Source of the DNA: an uncultured Methanosarcinaceae archaeon
GTDB lineage: Archaea > Halobacteriota > Methanosarcinia > Methanosarcinales > Methanosarcinaceae
Reading direction: 5' to 3'
NCBI GenBank assembly: GCA_963733675.1
Contig: CAVTET010000005.1
Coordinates: 224,001 to 288,000, forward strand
DNA: 64,000 bases
Shown here: positions 36,268-47,199 of the stretch, in pieces
Layout of the letters: each line of letters opens with the position of its first letter
Position numbering within the stretch: position 1 is the stretch's first letter
Notes under the pieces: model-generated
Told to the model about the DNA's origin: nothing
Databases searched by the model: none
The model's input: only the letters and a program-made list of their open reading frames with translations
Translations under genes and position numbers: made by a program

Positions 36268-36489
36268 TTAAACGCAAAATTCCTCTCCAAGAGTAGTATC
36301 AATACACTCACGACATATCATCCTGGGGAGATCTTTTTTTAGCGTCAAATGGGCTAGGGGGTATCCTCCTTTCATCGGCAACTCCACTTGCTTTATATGT
36401 TCCAAGCAGAGGCCTTTCCCACAGACAATGCAAACACCTACTGCTTCATTGACTTTATTATCTTCATAGCAATCATAGCATCTTAGCAT
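36268..36489 (-). CDS. Small Cys-rich protein (DUF2180-like)
   Basis: CYDC..AVGVCIVCGKGLC..H..C..C pattern. Confidence 0.8.
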   Translation of the reverse strand: MLRCYDCYEDNKVNEAVGVCIVCGKGLCLEHIKQVELPMKGGYPLAHLTLKKDLPRMICRECIDTTLGEEFCV

Positions 36490-36500
36490 TCTTGATCACC

Positions 36501-36731
36501 TCAACAAACCTCATTAAAAAGGCAGTTTTCTTTTAGGGATTCATGGCAAGGTAGGCAGACGATTCTTTTGATATGCTCAAGGTCGGGCTTCAGCTCGATC
36601 GGATAAGTTCCTTCCCATACAGGGATTTCCTCATGTATAAGGTGTTCCTTACATACGCTTCGCCCACATACAATACAAATTCCAACAGCATCTACATCTT
36701 TGCCTTCTCTAGCACATTCGTAGCATTTCAT
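36501..36731 (-). CDS. Small Cys-rich protein (DUF2180-like), tandem paralog
   Basis: CYEC..AVGICIVCGRSVC..H..CLPC pattern; GCGGAGG upstream. Confidence 0.8.
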   Translation of the reverse strand: MKCYECAREGKDVDAVGICIVCGRSVCKEHLIHEEIPVWEGTYPIELKPDLEHIKRIVCLPCHESLKENCLFNEVC

Positions 36732-36839
36732 ATATTTTCCTCCGCATTAGAAGAGTTGTTTCTTCCTCTAACATCTCTATGTCTAAAAGTAATGTCAGTA
36801 TAACTAAATAGAGTTTTGTGGATATTTTCATCGCTCTTT

Positions 36840-36952
36840 TACAAGAGTTATCACTTCTCCACAACAAACGAGGGTTCTGCCCCCTTCTTCTTCTACAACA
36901 ACCCCATTGCCAACATCACAATAGTATTTTTCCTCTTTAGCACATACACCAA
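36840..36952 (-). pseudogene. Desulforedoxin-like remnant
   Basis: Minus strand EKYYCDV-GNGVVV then (frameshift) GRTLVCCGE resembles the CxxC...GxLxCCG FeS4 motif, with one Cys lost. Confidence 0.5.
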
Positions 36953-37092
36953 TAACTTGCTCACTCTTTTTTCGTTGAATTCAATTTTCTTTAAATAATT
37001 AATAATTAATTTTCTTTTTATTTACTGATTTCTCAGTTAAACAGCATAAATTAATTTAATATCAAATTTGTGTCTGCCTTGAGTCCTTCATA

Positions 37093-37181
37093 AAGTATTT
37101 TGAGAAACCTCTGATTTCAACTAAGTATTTATTTACGTTTTATAAACAATCCGCCCAGAATTGGGGTTTATCGAAATTCTC
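37093..37181 (+). mobile_element. 89-bp MITE copy
   Basis: Ends AAGTATTTTGAGAAACCTC and GGGGTTTATCGAAATTCTC. Confidence 0.7.
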
Positions 37182-37254
37182 TTATGTTTACATTCTCTGA
37201 AATAAGGTATCATAAAGTAGGTTTAAGTGTCCATATTTGAGCATTGCAGGAAAT

Positions 37255-38607
37255 TTAGAGCATGTATGGAATATCCGAAAATACAGTTGGATAGGTAAAA
37301 ATCATCTTTTGTATGTCTGATGCTTTGAGTCCAAGCCTCATCACTGCAGCGAAAATGTTGATGGCTTCCTCAGCATGAGGACCCAGGATATGAGCTCCTA
37401 TTATACGATCGTTTGCTTCATCAAGAATTACCTTTGAAGCCACAAATTCGATTCCTGGAATTTTTGTTGTTTCCCAGTTGCTTCTGTCCCGGAAGATTAC
37501 CTTATAATTATTGATATCATTAGTTTCACTGATTCCTACTGAAGCCATTACAGGAATAGTATGAACTGCACTTGGGATTCCTGTATAATCAGCCTCGACA
37601 CTATTTTCATCAAGGACATTAGCTGCGGCAATTTCTCCCTGAAGTTTTGCAACAGAAGTGAGCTGCAGACCATCCAATGCACAGTCTCCTCCTGCATAGA
37701 TGCAGGTATTTGAGGTCCGCATGTGCTTATCGACTATAATAGATCCTCTCTCGATCCTAACCCCAGCTTTTTCGAGGAATAAATCCTCTATATCTGGAAC
37801 ACGACTTGCCCCATGTACCACCATATCAGTTTTGAAGCTCTGGGTTTCTGATCGAGTTTTGGATTTAAATTCAGTACTGACCAGAAAGTTGTCACCTTCG
37901 TTTTCGACCGAAATCACTTGTTGGTTTGTAAGGATTTTGATTCCTATAGCTTCGGATGCTTTTATAAGTAAATTTACCATATCAGAATCAAAAGATTTCA
38001 TGAGGCGTTCACTTCTGTGCAAAATTGTAACATCAGAACCGGCTCTTCGTGCAATATGAGCGAACTCTAGGGAGATATGACCACCTCCAATGAAAATAAT
38101 TCTTTCAGGGAGCTTTTCAGCCTCCATAAACTCCTCACTTGTTGTGATATATTCTTCTCCGGGAATGTTGAGTTTTCTCGGCTTTGAACCTGTAGCAAGA
38201 AAAATATACTTTCCTCTAAGCTTATCCTCCCCGACCACTATAGTATTTTGATTCTCAAAGTGAGCTCTTCCATGATACGTATCAATCCCTAGCTCAATGT
38301 AATGCTTCTCAGTTTTCCTAGGACATTCTTCCATAAATGTCTTCTTGAACCTGATAAGCGAAGACCAGTTAATTTTTAAAGGATTTTGTATCCCGGCACC
38401 TTTCCCAATCAGTCGATTATTCCAGTCTGTGATCTGAGTGATATCTGTGAATATTTTTTTCAGATCACATCCTCCGGGAGGAGAAATGCCCCCATATTTT
38501 CTCGACTCAACCATAGCTATTTTTAAGCCTGAAGACACAACTTTATCCACAAAAATTCTGCCAGCAGTCCCAGTTCCGATAACCACAATATCATAATCCT
38601 TTTCCAT
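37255..38607 (-). CDS. Pyridine nucleotide-disulfide oxidoreductase (glutathione reductase-like)
   Basis: GTGTAG FAD motif, ATGS, GGGHIS.E NAD(P) motif, YAGGD, IIGAHILG and terminal YPT. Confidence 0.9.
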   Translation of the reverse strand: MEKDYDIVVIGTGTAGRIFVDKVVSSGLKIAMVESRKYGGISPPGGCDLKKIFTDITQITDWNNRLIGKGAGIQNPLKINWSSLIRFKKTFMEECPRKTEKHYIELGIDTYHGRAHFENQNTIVVGEDKLRGKYIFLATGSKPRKLNIPGEEYITTSEEFMEAEKLPERIIFIGGGHISLEFAHIARRAGSDVTILHRSERLMKSFDSDMVNLLIKASEAIGIKILTNQQVISVENEGDNFLVSTEFKSKTRSETQSFKTDMVVHGASRVPDIEDLFLEKAGVRIERGSIIVDKHMRTSNTCIYAGGDCALDGLQLTSVAKLQGEIAAANVLDENSVEADYTGIPSAVHTIPVMASVGISETNDINNYKVIFRDRSNWETTKIPGIEFVASKVILDEANDRIIGAHILGPHAEEAINIFAAVMRLGLKASDIQKMIFTYPTVFSDIPYML

Positions 38608-39114
38608 AATTTTCCTTCCTTTTATCTAACATTGGATCGTAGCTTATATCCCCTGGTTCTTGATTGCTGCAAACACAAGTAATTACTGTAGCAAAAACAT
38701 TGATCCCTATGTTGGCTGAGCCTGGAGACAGGAAGGGGACCGTATAGTACGAAAAAATATTATATAGAGATAAATCCCAAAATATAGCTAACCCATTGCA
38801 GGAGATTAAACTCTCTGCTTAAAATTCCGTCTTCCTAATCCTTTAAGAAGAAACCGCATTCGTCCATATGTCCAAGTATACCGAATTTCATTGTGCCAAT
38901 TTTCCGGTAAAATCACTAGTCTCAAAAGTTATCTAGTAGAAAATTCTACCTCAAAAAAACCAAATTTATTACATTAAACAAAAACTTAACTTCAAATTTA
39001 CAGCAAATTTATGGAACCTCTTTTCTTATGATTAATATAAATGAAGTTACCAAAGCTACATAAGGACAATAAATTATTGAAAATTTTGGTAAACATCCGA
39101 TTTAAATAAATTGC

Positions 39115-39498
39115 TTATATTATCTCCCAATAAGGTTGAATTCCACACTGTTCATAAACCTTGGCTAATTCATCACGGGTTAAAGACCATTCTTCTTTAT
39201 CAAGGCCTTCTGCTTTTTCTAGGACAGATTTGTCAATCCTAAGGATATAATCGCCGCGATTATACTCAAGGGATTCCCAAGGGATGGCAAATAATTTATT
39301 ACCTATACCAAGAAAACCACCAAAAGAAAGTAGAGCATATGCTATTTTTCCGTTATCTGGATCAATCATCAACTCTTCAATCATTCCAAGATGTTCCTCT
39401 TTGACATTGACAACCTTAGACCCCTTTATTGTCGTTGTTGGCAAAAAAGTTCTATTCTCCATCTCCTGCGTCTCTTCAACTATTCCCATATCCTGCAA
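39115..39498 (-). CDS. PRC-barrel domain protein
   Basis: GKIAYALLSFGGFLGIGNKLFAIPW motif. Confidence 0.88.
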   Translation of the reverse strand: MQDMGIVEETQEMENRTFLPTTTIKGSKVVNVKEEHLGMIEELMIDPDNGKIAYALLSFGGFLGIGNKLFAIPWESLEYNRGDYILRIDKSVLEKAEGLDKEEWSLTRDELAKVYEQCGIQPYWEII

Positions 39499-39668
39499 CT
39501 CCTTAATTATTCATCTGCATCAAATGCTGCTTTAAGTTTTTCTTAATCTTCTTTAGCAAGAAATATTCTTCTTATCATTGCATTGAATTTGTTAAATCTT
39601 CATAGTGCCTTATATTCGTCCATTTTGCTATTAAGAGTAACAAAGTGGAATTGCCTTGTTTAATTGTA

Positions 39669-39696
39669 GCGACGATTTCCGTGATGAAATCGTCGC
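39669..39696 (-). terminator. GC-rich hairpin downstream of the 39719-40054 gene
   Basis: GCGACGATTTC-N6-GAAATCGTCGC, a perfect 11-bp stem. The terminator role is inferred from position only. Confidence 0.4.
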
Positions 39697-39718
39697 ACTA
39701 TTTCCCCATGTAAAAAAA

Positions 39719-40054
39719 TTAGGTTGCTCGACCGTTATCGCAGAAATACATTGTTGTGTCTGCATGCTCCAGACAATTTTCTACCCAGACAGAGCAGGTT
39801 TTGCAAATACAATCTTTGTTGGGGTCTAAGTCACTACAGGTGGCATTACCTGATGAGCAGTAAATTCCAGGAACCTTGTAAGGCTCTGGAGCTTCGTCTT
39901 GCCCTATAATTTTCATTTCATTTTTTAAGTTTTCAATTTTTTCCCTTGCGCATACACTGTCAGCTTGAACAGGACACTGGGGACACATGCATCTTTCGAT
40001 ATTTGATACATTATATGGAACTTTCACTTCTACGGGTGTATCCATTTCACTCAT
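39719..40054 (-). CDS. Small Cys-rich protein (DUF2769-like)
   Basis: CxCPxCPV..C..YC..G...C..CICxxC.V...YFC..G pattern. Confidence 0.75.
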   Translation of the reverse strand: MSEMDTPVEVKVPYNVSNIERCMCPQCPVQADSVCAREKIENLKNEMKIIGQDEAPEPYKVPGIYCSSGNATCSDLDPNKDCICKTCSVWVENCLEHADTTMYFCDNGRAT

Positions 40055-40449
40055 TTTATTCCCTCAAAGATTATCTCTGTTATACTTAATTCGCGATAGA
40101 TATGAAAAGTTACTGTGTTAAAGTTACGATAAATCAATAATTGTAAAGATTTTGAATATTAAGATAATAATCTAGAAATCTGGGCATATACAAATTTCAC
40201 TTTTGTCATTTGGTTAAATTTAGTTGTTTTATTTCATCATTTACTTAACATTTTAAATATCAGCTATCGCTTTTTTCTTCAGCTAGGTAATCTTTTCTTA
40301 TCACTTATTTTTGCTTCCAACTATTGTATTTTCATATCCAGTTTTATTACTGTAACTTCCTTTTTTTGTTTTCCAGTCAGAAGACATAAATCTAAGATGT
40401 CGATTCAGAGTCATCATCACTTGTATTCCTGCTGTTTGTTCAGGCTACA

Positions 40450-40500
40450 TATTTAACCACAAATGTAGAATGTTATTTAACCACAAATGTAGAATGTTAT
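40450..40500. repeat. Exact 24-bp tandem duplication
   Basis: TATTTAACCACAAATGTAGAATGT twice, followed by TAT. Confidence 0.9.
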
Positions 40501-41059
40501 CCATAAAATCAATTTTTAGGTAGTGTGCTTTAAGCTGCTCTTTAATCATTGATCAATTATTGAAAAATACGTATCTCTTCCGATTTTTGGCTGTTTATCT
40601 ATAAAGCAAATAACATAGAGAGGCATCAAAAGTTTTATCCAATTGATATTCTCAAATTATTTCAATATGTCTACACATCTTACAGGTCATCTGTTCGCTT
40701 TAAGCTACAATATATAATTAATTCAATTAGTTATTTTTAATTAACTATACAAAAAATGATTTGTGAATAAAAATTACTTCTGCATAAAATGTTTTAAAAT
40801 CGAACAATAATTTAATATAACTAATGTTCTGTTATTTTTGGAAGTCTTTATAAATTTAACATTGAACTGTTTTCGAAAAAAGCAATCCATATTAATTTTA
40901 GATCGAATTCTGGATCCAATTGTATCCAATTAGCTGGTTGATATTTTTCACCATAGAATGCACCCTGATCCAAATGCACCAATTTTTAAAGCTGACCTGC
41001 ATGCAGAAAATTAATAACTATATTACGCAGAAAATAGAATGCAGAGAGCAGTCTGTGAT

Positions 41060-41369
41060 TTTTCTAGATAACAAAGTCTAAAAGCCCGTGCTATTGCTGT
41101 AAAACAATCATTTTAAACAAAATGATGACTTCAGCTTCAGGTTTAGCTCATAGAACTATTTTGTTAAAATATGTAGATTTAAAAATGGTATGAAATGATT
41201 TTCAATCAATTAAAGTATCATTTTTAGCAGATTTGTCTCCAACTAACTGAAGAAGGTTATATTTTTCTTGAAAAGCAAAATCAATAAGAGTTTTCATGAA
41301 TAAAAATTAATTTTAAGAGATTTTTTAACTCTCCAATACTCAAATGCAAAGGAGTTTATCAAAATTATC
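41060..41369 (-). mobile_element. 5' fragment of the same IS5-type element as 3907-5004
   Basis: IR GGAGTTTATCAAAATTATC, then MKTLIDFAFQEKYNLLQLVGDK..LID*. Aligns with about 4700-5004. Confidence 0.75.
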
Positions 41370-41378
41370 TGTAAAAGA

Positions 41379-41747
41379 TTATTCACTGACCCAAGTCTTT
41401 GCTTCAGGAAGTGCTTCATTCCTGTAAATTTTCACTGGACAAGGAATGACAAACTTAAATATTTTAGCTGCATTAATTATCCAGTCCACGTCAGAGACAA
41501 CTGCAATCTTTTCAAATGCAGTATAATACCATATGCCAACTTTGTTATCTTCCCACATAGCTTCATAGGTAAAACCTGTGAAATTTGGGCCCAAATGATA
41601 GAGCATACGAATCTTCTCATGCTTTTGTATTTTACTCTCAATGACAGGAATTAACACATTGTCATAGTCTTCCCTCGTTATATTTCCGCTTGCAATGACT
41701 GCTACGACGTTTTCAGGTAAACCTTGCATTATTTCTATCATTTTCAC
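41379..41747 (-). CDS. STAS/SEC14 (SpoIIAA-like) protein
   Basis: G.ITREDY, FEKIAVVSDVDWI and EAKTWV motifs. Confidence 0.85.
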   Translation of the reverse strand: MKMIEIMQGLPENVVAVIASGNITREDYDNVLIPVIESKIQKHEKIRMLYHLGPNFTGFTYEAMWEDNKVGIWYYTAFEKIAVVSDVDWIINAAKIFKFVIPCPVKIYRNEALPEAKTWVSE

Positions 41748-42090
41748 TTTCCTTCTTGATATTCAACAATTTCAGTGTTTCACTGGGTATTCAGACTAAC
41801 CTTTGTTGCAACTTTCTCACCCGCAAAACTGATCATAAAGGGCATAAAAACATAGTGCATAGCGCATAAAGCATATTCAAAAATTCAGGTTTTTGAATCT
41901 ATCACTAGTTAACTAATTCTCTACCAAATAATTGATTTATTTTTGAATCTATGACTGGGGATTCTAACAAATGATATGACCCAGAAAATGACCTGATGCG
42001 AAACTCCGGGAAACATTTGGCTTCATGTCATCTGAATACTTAATGCACGGAAACTTACCTAATAAAAGTTAGCAGATTCAAGATAAGCAC

Positions 42091-42639
42091 TTATTTAAAT
42101 GCAGTAAAATTGTTTTTCAATGCACTGCATATCGGACAAATATCGGGTGCTTCTCCTTCAAGGGTATACCCGCATACTTCGCAAACCTGGATAGGACCCA
42201 AGTCAACGTCTTTTCCGGAACTAACTGATTCTAATGCTTTTTCATAAAGCATTTTGTGCATTTTTTCAGTACCGTACGACCATTCAAAACTTCTTTGTGC
42301 GCCATTTTCTCCCTGAAATTTTGCAACTTCAATGTATGTAGGATACATTTCCTCAATTTCAGATGTTTCCCCAGCAATAGCTAGTTTAAGGTTTTTCTCG
42401 GAATCACCCTGGCCAAAAACTGCCATGCTATTTGCGACAAATCCTCCATCAAGGTGTTTTAATTCCTGAAAATGGTCTCCTGCATGTATATATTCAGCAT
42501 AAGCGATTGCGCGGAACAATCGAGCAAGATTATTAAGTTTTTCATTTTTGGCCTGATTTGCAAAATGAACATACCTCATATATGCTTGACTTTCTCCTCC
42601 AAACGCATTGATAAGATTTTGTTCTGTTATCTTTTTCAT
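42091..42639 (-). CDS. rbr: Rubrerythrin
   Basis: AFGGESQA, EYIHA, GETSE and EKMH diiron ligands; C-terminal CEVCGY..CPIC rubredoxin-like domain. Confidence 0.93.
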   Translation of the reverse strand: MKKITEQNLINAFGGESQAYMRYVHFANQAKNEKLNNLARLFRAIAYAEYIHAGDHFQELKHLDGGFVANSMAVFGQGDSEKNLKLAIAGETSEIEEMYPTYIEVAKFQGENGAQRSFEWSYGTEKMHKMLYEKALESVSSGKDVDLGPIQVCEVCGYTLEGEAPDICPICSALKNNFTAFK

Positions 42640-42799
42640 TTAAAACCCCCTTTCAATAAAATTCAATAATTTCAGATCTTAGGCCTTGCCTATCTGATGA
42701 ACAATTAAAGCATGTGCAGACCTATCATAAATATAATAATTTAGACATTTTGAGATCTTATGCTATTATTTTTAGTTCAATTGCACAAGCCTGAATTCA

Positions 42800-43654
42800 G
42801 GTTCCGTTGCAAAAACTTCAACAAAATATGTAAATCTATAAGTGATTAATAAAAATCAAAACATTCAAAGAAAATGTACTAACATTATAAAACTATACCA
42901 AATAATTGATTAATGTATTTGACTTCATTAAGAACAGAGTAATTTAGATCGATTACTTGTCCTTTTTTGATCATATTTATAGCTTCAATTCCTTTTAAAG
43001 TCTTATTAGCAAATCGAAAAGACTGAAATCCTAACATTGGATTAACGATTCTCTTTATAGATCTGTGATCTTGTTCTATAATGTTATTCAAATACTTGAT
43101 TTGTCGAATGCCTACGTTTTTAGGTAGTATTTTATCAATTTTTAGTTTATCTATAGCAGGTGGATAAGCTGGATTCTTATCAACGGTTATTAATCTTGGA
43201 ATTTGATTATGATTAGAACTTAAAGCTTTCTTAAAGAATCTCTTCGCTGCCTTTCTATCTCGTTTTGAACTTAACATGAAATCAATTGTATCTCCATTTG
43301 AGTCAACTGCTCGGTAAAAATATTTCCATTTACCTTTTACTTTGATATAGGTTTCATCAACTCTCCACGAATCATTTGTTGGTCTTAAATGTCTTCTTAT
43401 CTTCTTTTCTATTTCAGGGGAATATTGATGTACCCATCTCATGATTGTTGTATGGTCGACTTTTACTCCCCTTTCTGCCATCATTTCCTTTAAATTTCTA
43501 TAACTTAATGCATATTTTAAGTACCATCTTACATTCAATAAGATAATTTCCCCTTCATAATGCTTCCATTTAAAGGAATTAGATAGCATGTTACTATCTT
43601 TGGTTTTCTTTTTATTCTATTGTATCATTAGAAAGGATTTTTTGCAACGGAACC
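42800..43654 (-). mobile_element. IS6-family element, copy 2 (transposase 42885-43589)
   Basis: Same IRs and 855-bp length as copy 1; intact 234-aa transposase. Confidence 0.97.
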
Positions 43655-43810
43655 CCTATTTTCATATGTCACAATTTTTACCATGGTTATGTTTTTAAAC
43701 AACTCATTCCCCTGACCGAAGATTTCACATAACTAAAAAATATATATTATTGTTTCAGCTGAGTTAAGATTTTCTAAAAAGCAAAAATACACTGGTCATA
43801 AAGTATCTAA

Positions 43811-44956
43811 TTAAATATCAATAGCACCATATTCTGAAATACAGAGCCTGTAAGCCCTGTTAACTAGCTCAAGCATATTCTGGTCTCTCCGCTCTATTTT
43901 TATTCCGCAAGCAAGTGAAAGGTACTCAGTAAGGTCAAAGACCCTTATTTTTTCATCTTTTCCAGCCTCAATGAGGTTCTGCATACAACCCCCGCAATTC
44001 GTGATGATTGTATCACATCCCAGCTTTTCTGCAGCTCTGAATCTTTCCGATGCCATGGAAAGGGACTCGGCTGGATAGTTGACTCTTACTCCACCTCCAA
44101 AACCGCAACATGCTGAATTTTTAGGATTTTTATTGGCAAGTTTGGTACCCTGGATTTTTTCAAGCACATTTCTTGCTTCTTGATATACTCTCATTCCCCG
44201 GGCCAAGTGGCAGGGGTCATGATAAAAAACTATGTGATTCAGAGCGGCCTCTGGATTAAGTTTACCGCTCCTTAACAGAAGTTCTAGATACTGGGAAACT
44301 TGCATGACCTGAAAATCAAGTTTTCCAAACATCCTTGGATATATATACTTAAAAGCTTTGAAACATCCTGGACAGGCAGTTATAAGAGTTTTTGCTCCTC
44401 TTTTTCGGACTTCATCGATATTTCGCTGCCCGTTCTTGCGGATAGGACTCGGATCACCAGCACCTGCAGATACAGCTCCACAACAGTACTCAATTCCACT
44501 CAAAATGGTGTAATCGACTCTTGCTTTCTCCAAAAGAGCAACTGCAGCTTTCGCTATGCTGGTATTAATGTAGGTACCTGCGCACCCGGGAAAATAAACT
44601 ACAGAACCGAGACTATCTTTGTACACGGGAATTTCATCCATTTCAGCGATTTTTTTGAAGATGTTATTTTGAGCATTCGGATTCACTATGGTCTGCCTAT
44701 CCGTAAGACCGTTTTCATTTATCCACTTTTGTCGGGCAGGAGAAATAAGTGGCTTGATTCCAAGTCCTTCAGGACAGGCGCAGGTACAAAGCCCGCAGGT
44801 GAGACAGCGAAGAAGAGAGCCGGAATCAATGCCTGAATTCCCTTCTAAATACTTGCAGAGTTTTTCAATCAATTTAGGATCATTATATCGAGGGCATACT
44901 TCAAGGCATTGTCCGCAATATGTACATTTTTCCCTGTATTTTTTTAAGATATCCAT
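43811..44956 (-). CDS. Fe-S oxidoreductase with 2x[4Fe-4S] and two CCG domains (HdrD/GlpC-like)
   Basis: CTYCGQCLEVCP and CLTCGLCTCACP clusters; YFPGC..CCG..ACPGC and YHDPCH..CCGFGGG..NCGGC domains. Confidence 0.9.
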   Translation of the reverse strand: MDILKKYREKCTYCGQCLEVCPRYNDPKLIEKLCKYLEGNSGIDSGSLLRCLTCGLCTCACPEGLGIKPLISPARQKWINENGLTDRQTIVNPNAQNNIFKKIAEMDEIPVYKDSLGSVVYFPGCAGTYINTSIAKAAVALLEKARVDYTILSGIEYCCGAVSAGAGDPSPIRKNGQRNIDEVRKRGAKTLITACPGCFKAFKYIYPRMFGKLDFQVMQVSQYLELLLRSGKLNPEAALNHIVFYHDPCHLARGMRVYQEARNVLEKIQGTKLANKNPKNSACCGFGGGVRVNYPAESLSMASERFRAAEKLGCDTIITNCGGCMQNLIEAGKDEKIRVFDLTEYLSLACGIKIERRDQNMLELVNRAYRLCISEYGAIDI

Positions 44957-45130
44957 TTTTCAACTCCATATCTTCTTAGGACTTGTGTACTTGGAGTACA
45001 AAATTAAACACAATAAACACTGTGGTTTAAATTTTCCATTTCAGACAGTTAAAGGTTTAATGCTATTGACGTTTAATGCTATTGATTTTTCAGTTCAACT
45101 GCATAAATTCTATATTATTAAGGATTCTCA

Positions 45131-45940
45131 TTACAATGCATACATTGTGCCGACGGTATTGAGCAGAAATTGTTCAGGCATCTCCTCTGCAAACTTGTTT
45201 ATTGCTTTCCAGCCTGTACAGTGCATGGGTACAATGTAATCAGGCTTGATTCTTTTCATTTTGTCAATTGTAGACTGAATTTTTTGGTCTAAAAATTGCC
45301 ATGGCAAGTGAAAGCCTCCTACAACAGCATGAACCTTATTCTTCCGTGTAGTTTTCTTCGCATACTCGATTGTCCCTTTTCAAATGCTGTTATTTGTTCC
45401 ACCTTTCCTGTAGTATGGATAAGGCTATTTGCAATTAGCAAAGCTCTTTTTGACTTTATGGAAACAACTCCTGCTTCTATCAAAATACCTTCATCGAATG
45501 CAGGCATGATGACAGGATGTCCAATTACGGGGATATTCGTACGGCGTTCAAGAAAAGCGTTAGGATGAAGATAAAGAGTGACCTCTTTATCTCGCTCTTT
45601 ACCTCTGAGTTTCAAGAGCTCGACAAGTCCAAGAAAATGATCAGGATGGCCCTGGCTCCGGATAACAGCTTTTATTCTGCCAAGGTCAGCTTTCAAAAAC
45701 GCTGCATTATTAAAAAGCATTATTGTTGACTGCTGCATCCATAAGCACTTTATGTTTTTCAGAGCCAGCCCAAACTTTAATTAGGCATGAAAGTCCGTGT
45801 TCTGCGAGGAGTATTTGAGGAAAGGATAATTGCGGTCGTCTACATACATCAATATTTTCTGTTACTGACCTATGCGTATAATTATCAATTAGGATTGTTA
45901 CTTCCAACTTGTTGGCTTCCCGAATACTCAGCTCATCCAT
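45131..45940 (-). pseudogene. MBL-fold metallo-hydrolase pseudogene
   Basis: TILIDN, AEHGLS, SQGHPDH (degenerate SHGHxDH) and PMHCTG motifs lie in different frames, with an internal deletion. Confidence 0.8.
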
Positions 45941-46317
45941 GCAAAAACTTGGTTTTATCTGGCGTGTACATTTTTCTCTAGATATTATATGAGGTATGTA
46001 AGCCTGAATGATAGCAATCCTTATAAATTTTGAGTCATTTTAAGTTTTCGGGTTCTTCTTAAATTTTGAAAGAATAATGGAATTCGATCCATATTTATTA
46101 AGTCCCTTCTCACATTTTGGAAAAATTGATCCATTCACATCTTGATTTTTTATACAAACCTTTTGTCTTTGCTAAAATTATTCACAGCCCTTGACAATTC
46201 CATTATAAATCGAAAGAAACTTGAAATATGTGAAGTTTCTTGCACCTTGTGTCAATAAGCGCGCTCCTTGCAAATTCTCTAAAAAAGCTTTTATTCTTCC
46301 AAATCCAATTTAATGGC

Positions 46318-47199
46318 ATGGTCGGAGAAATTGGAATCGTGAGAAACGAGGCTGATGAAACGTCCCTGCAAATTCTTGTACTTTTCAGGGACAGTATCAG
46401 TGAAATCCAACTTAAAGAACCTGAATCCATGTCTGCTTACTTCAAGCCTGAATACTCCCATTACCTGGTGGTACATACTCCTCTTAACATTCAGTATCCT
46501 GACAATAAGGAAGATTGGAACCTTCGTTTTTGTGGGAACGTTGGAGTTTCATTGGTGGAGTTGGTTGTAGCTGAAACCGACAATGCTTATGTAAGAGGCC
46601 TGATGGCAACTAACGGGTCAAAAATTTATTCAATCCTTCCTTTTATATCAATCGATGAGGAAAAAGCAAAGAAAGCAAGCTTCCCTGAAGATCGAATGGC
46701 CCGTGTGCGGGCACAGGTACTTCCTGCTGTGCTTCCATATATCAGAGGATCAAAAATCCTAGATATAGGCAGTGGTTTTGGAAACCTCACTCTAGAAATT
46801 GCAAGAAATAATCCGAATTCAAAGGTTTATGGAATCGATCTGCATGATTCCCTCACAAACCAGGCGCATATGAACGCAGAAATTCTTGATGTGCAGAACG
46901 TGGAGTTCAGAACAGGCAGCGCCTATGCTTTGCCTTTTGATGGGAATTCGGTGGATGCTGCTACATGCTTTTTCATGCTTCATCACCTTAAGGATATCAA
47001 ATTTGCTCTGTTCGAAATCAAGAGAGTACTGAAAAAAGGTGGGTTATTAACCACAGTTGAGCCCCTTGACCATCAACATCACCATGGACCTCCACTTTCG
47101 GAAGCTGCATTGAAAAAACTTTTTGAAGATGTAGGTTTTCATGTGGAAACTGAAAATCCTGAAGGAGCAGTTGTTCTCAAGGCCACAAAAAAAGAATAA
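46318..47199 (+). CDS. Class I SAM-dependent methyltransferase with an extra N-terminal domain
   Basis: ILDIGSGFG, GID, LPF and RVLKKGG motifs. The ATG at 46318 is preferred over the TTG at 46240. Confidence 0.88.
   Translation: MVGEIGIVRNEADETSLQILVLFRDSISEIQLKEPESMSAYFKPEYSHYLVVHTPLNIQYPDNKEDWNLRFCGNVGVSLVELVVAETDNAYVRGLMATNGSKIYSILPFISIDEEKAKKASFPEDRMARVRAQVLPAVLPYIRGSKILDIGSGFGNLTLEIARNNPNSKVYGIDLHDSLTNQAHMNAEILDVQNVEFRTGSAYALPFDGNSVDAATCFFMLHHLKDIKFALFEIKRVLKKGGLLTTVEPLDHQHHHGPPLSEAALKKLFEDVGFHVETENPEGAVVLKATKKE

Noticed and set aside
36154-45110. Recurring CAGTTCAA(T/C)TGCATAA motif (about 36154, 42774, 45091)
   Set aside because: Possibly orphan IS ends, but too short and unpaired to define an element.
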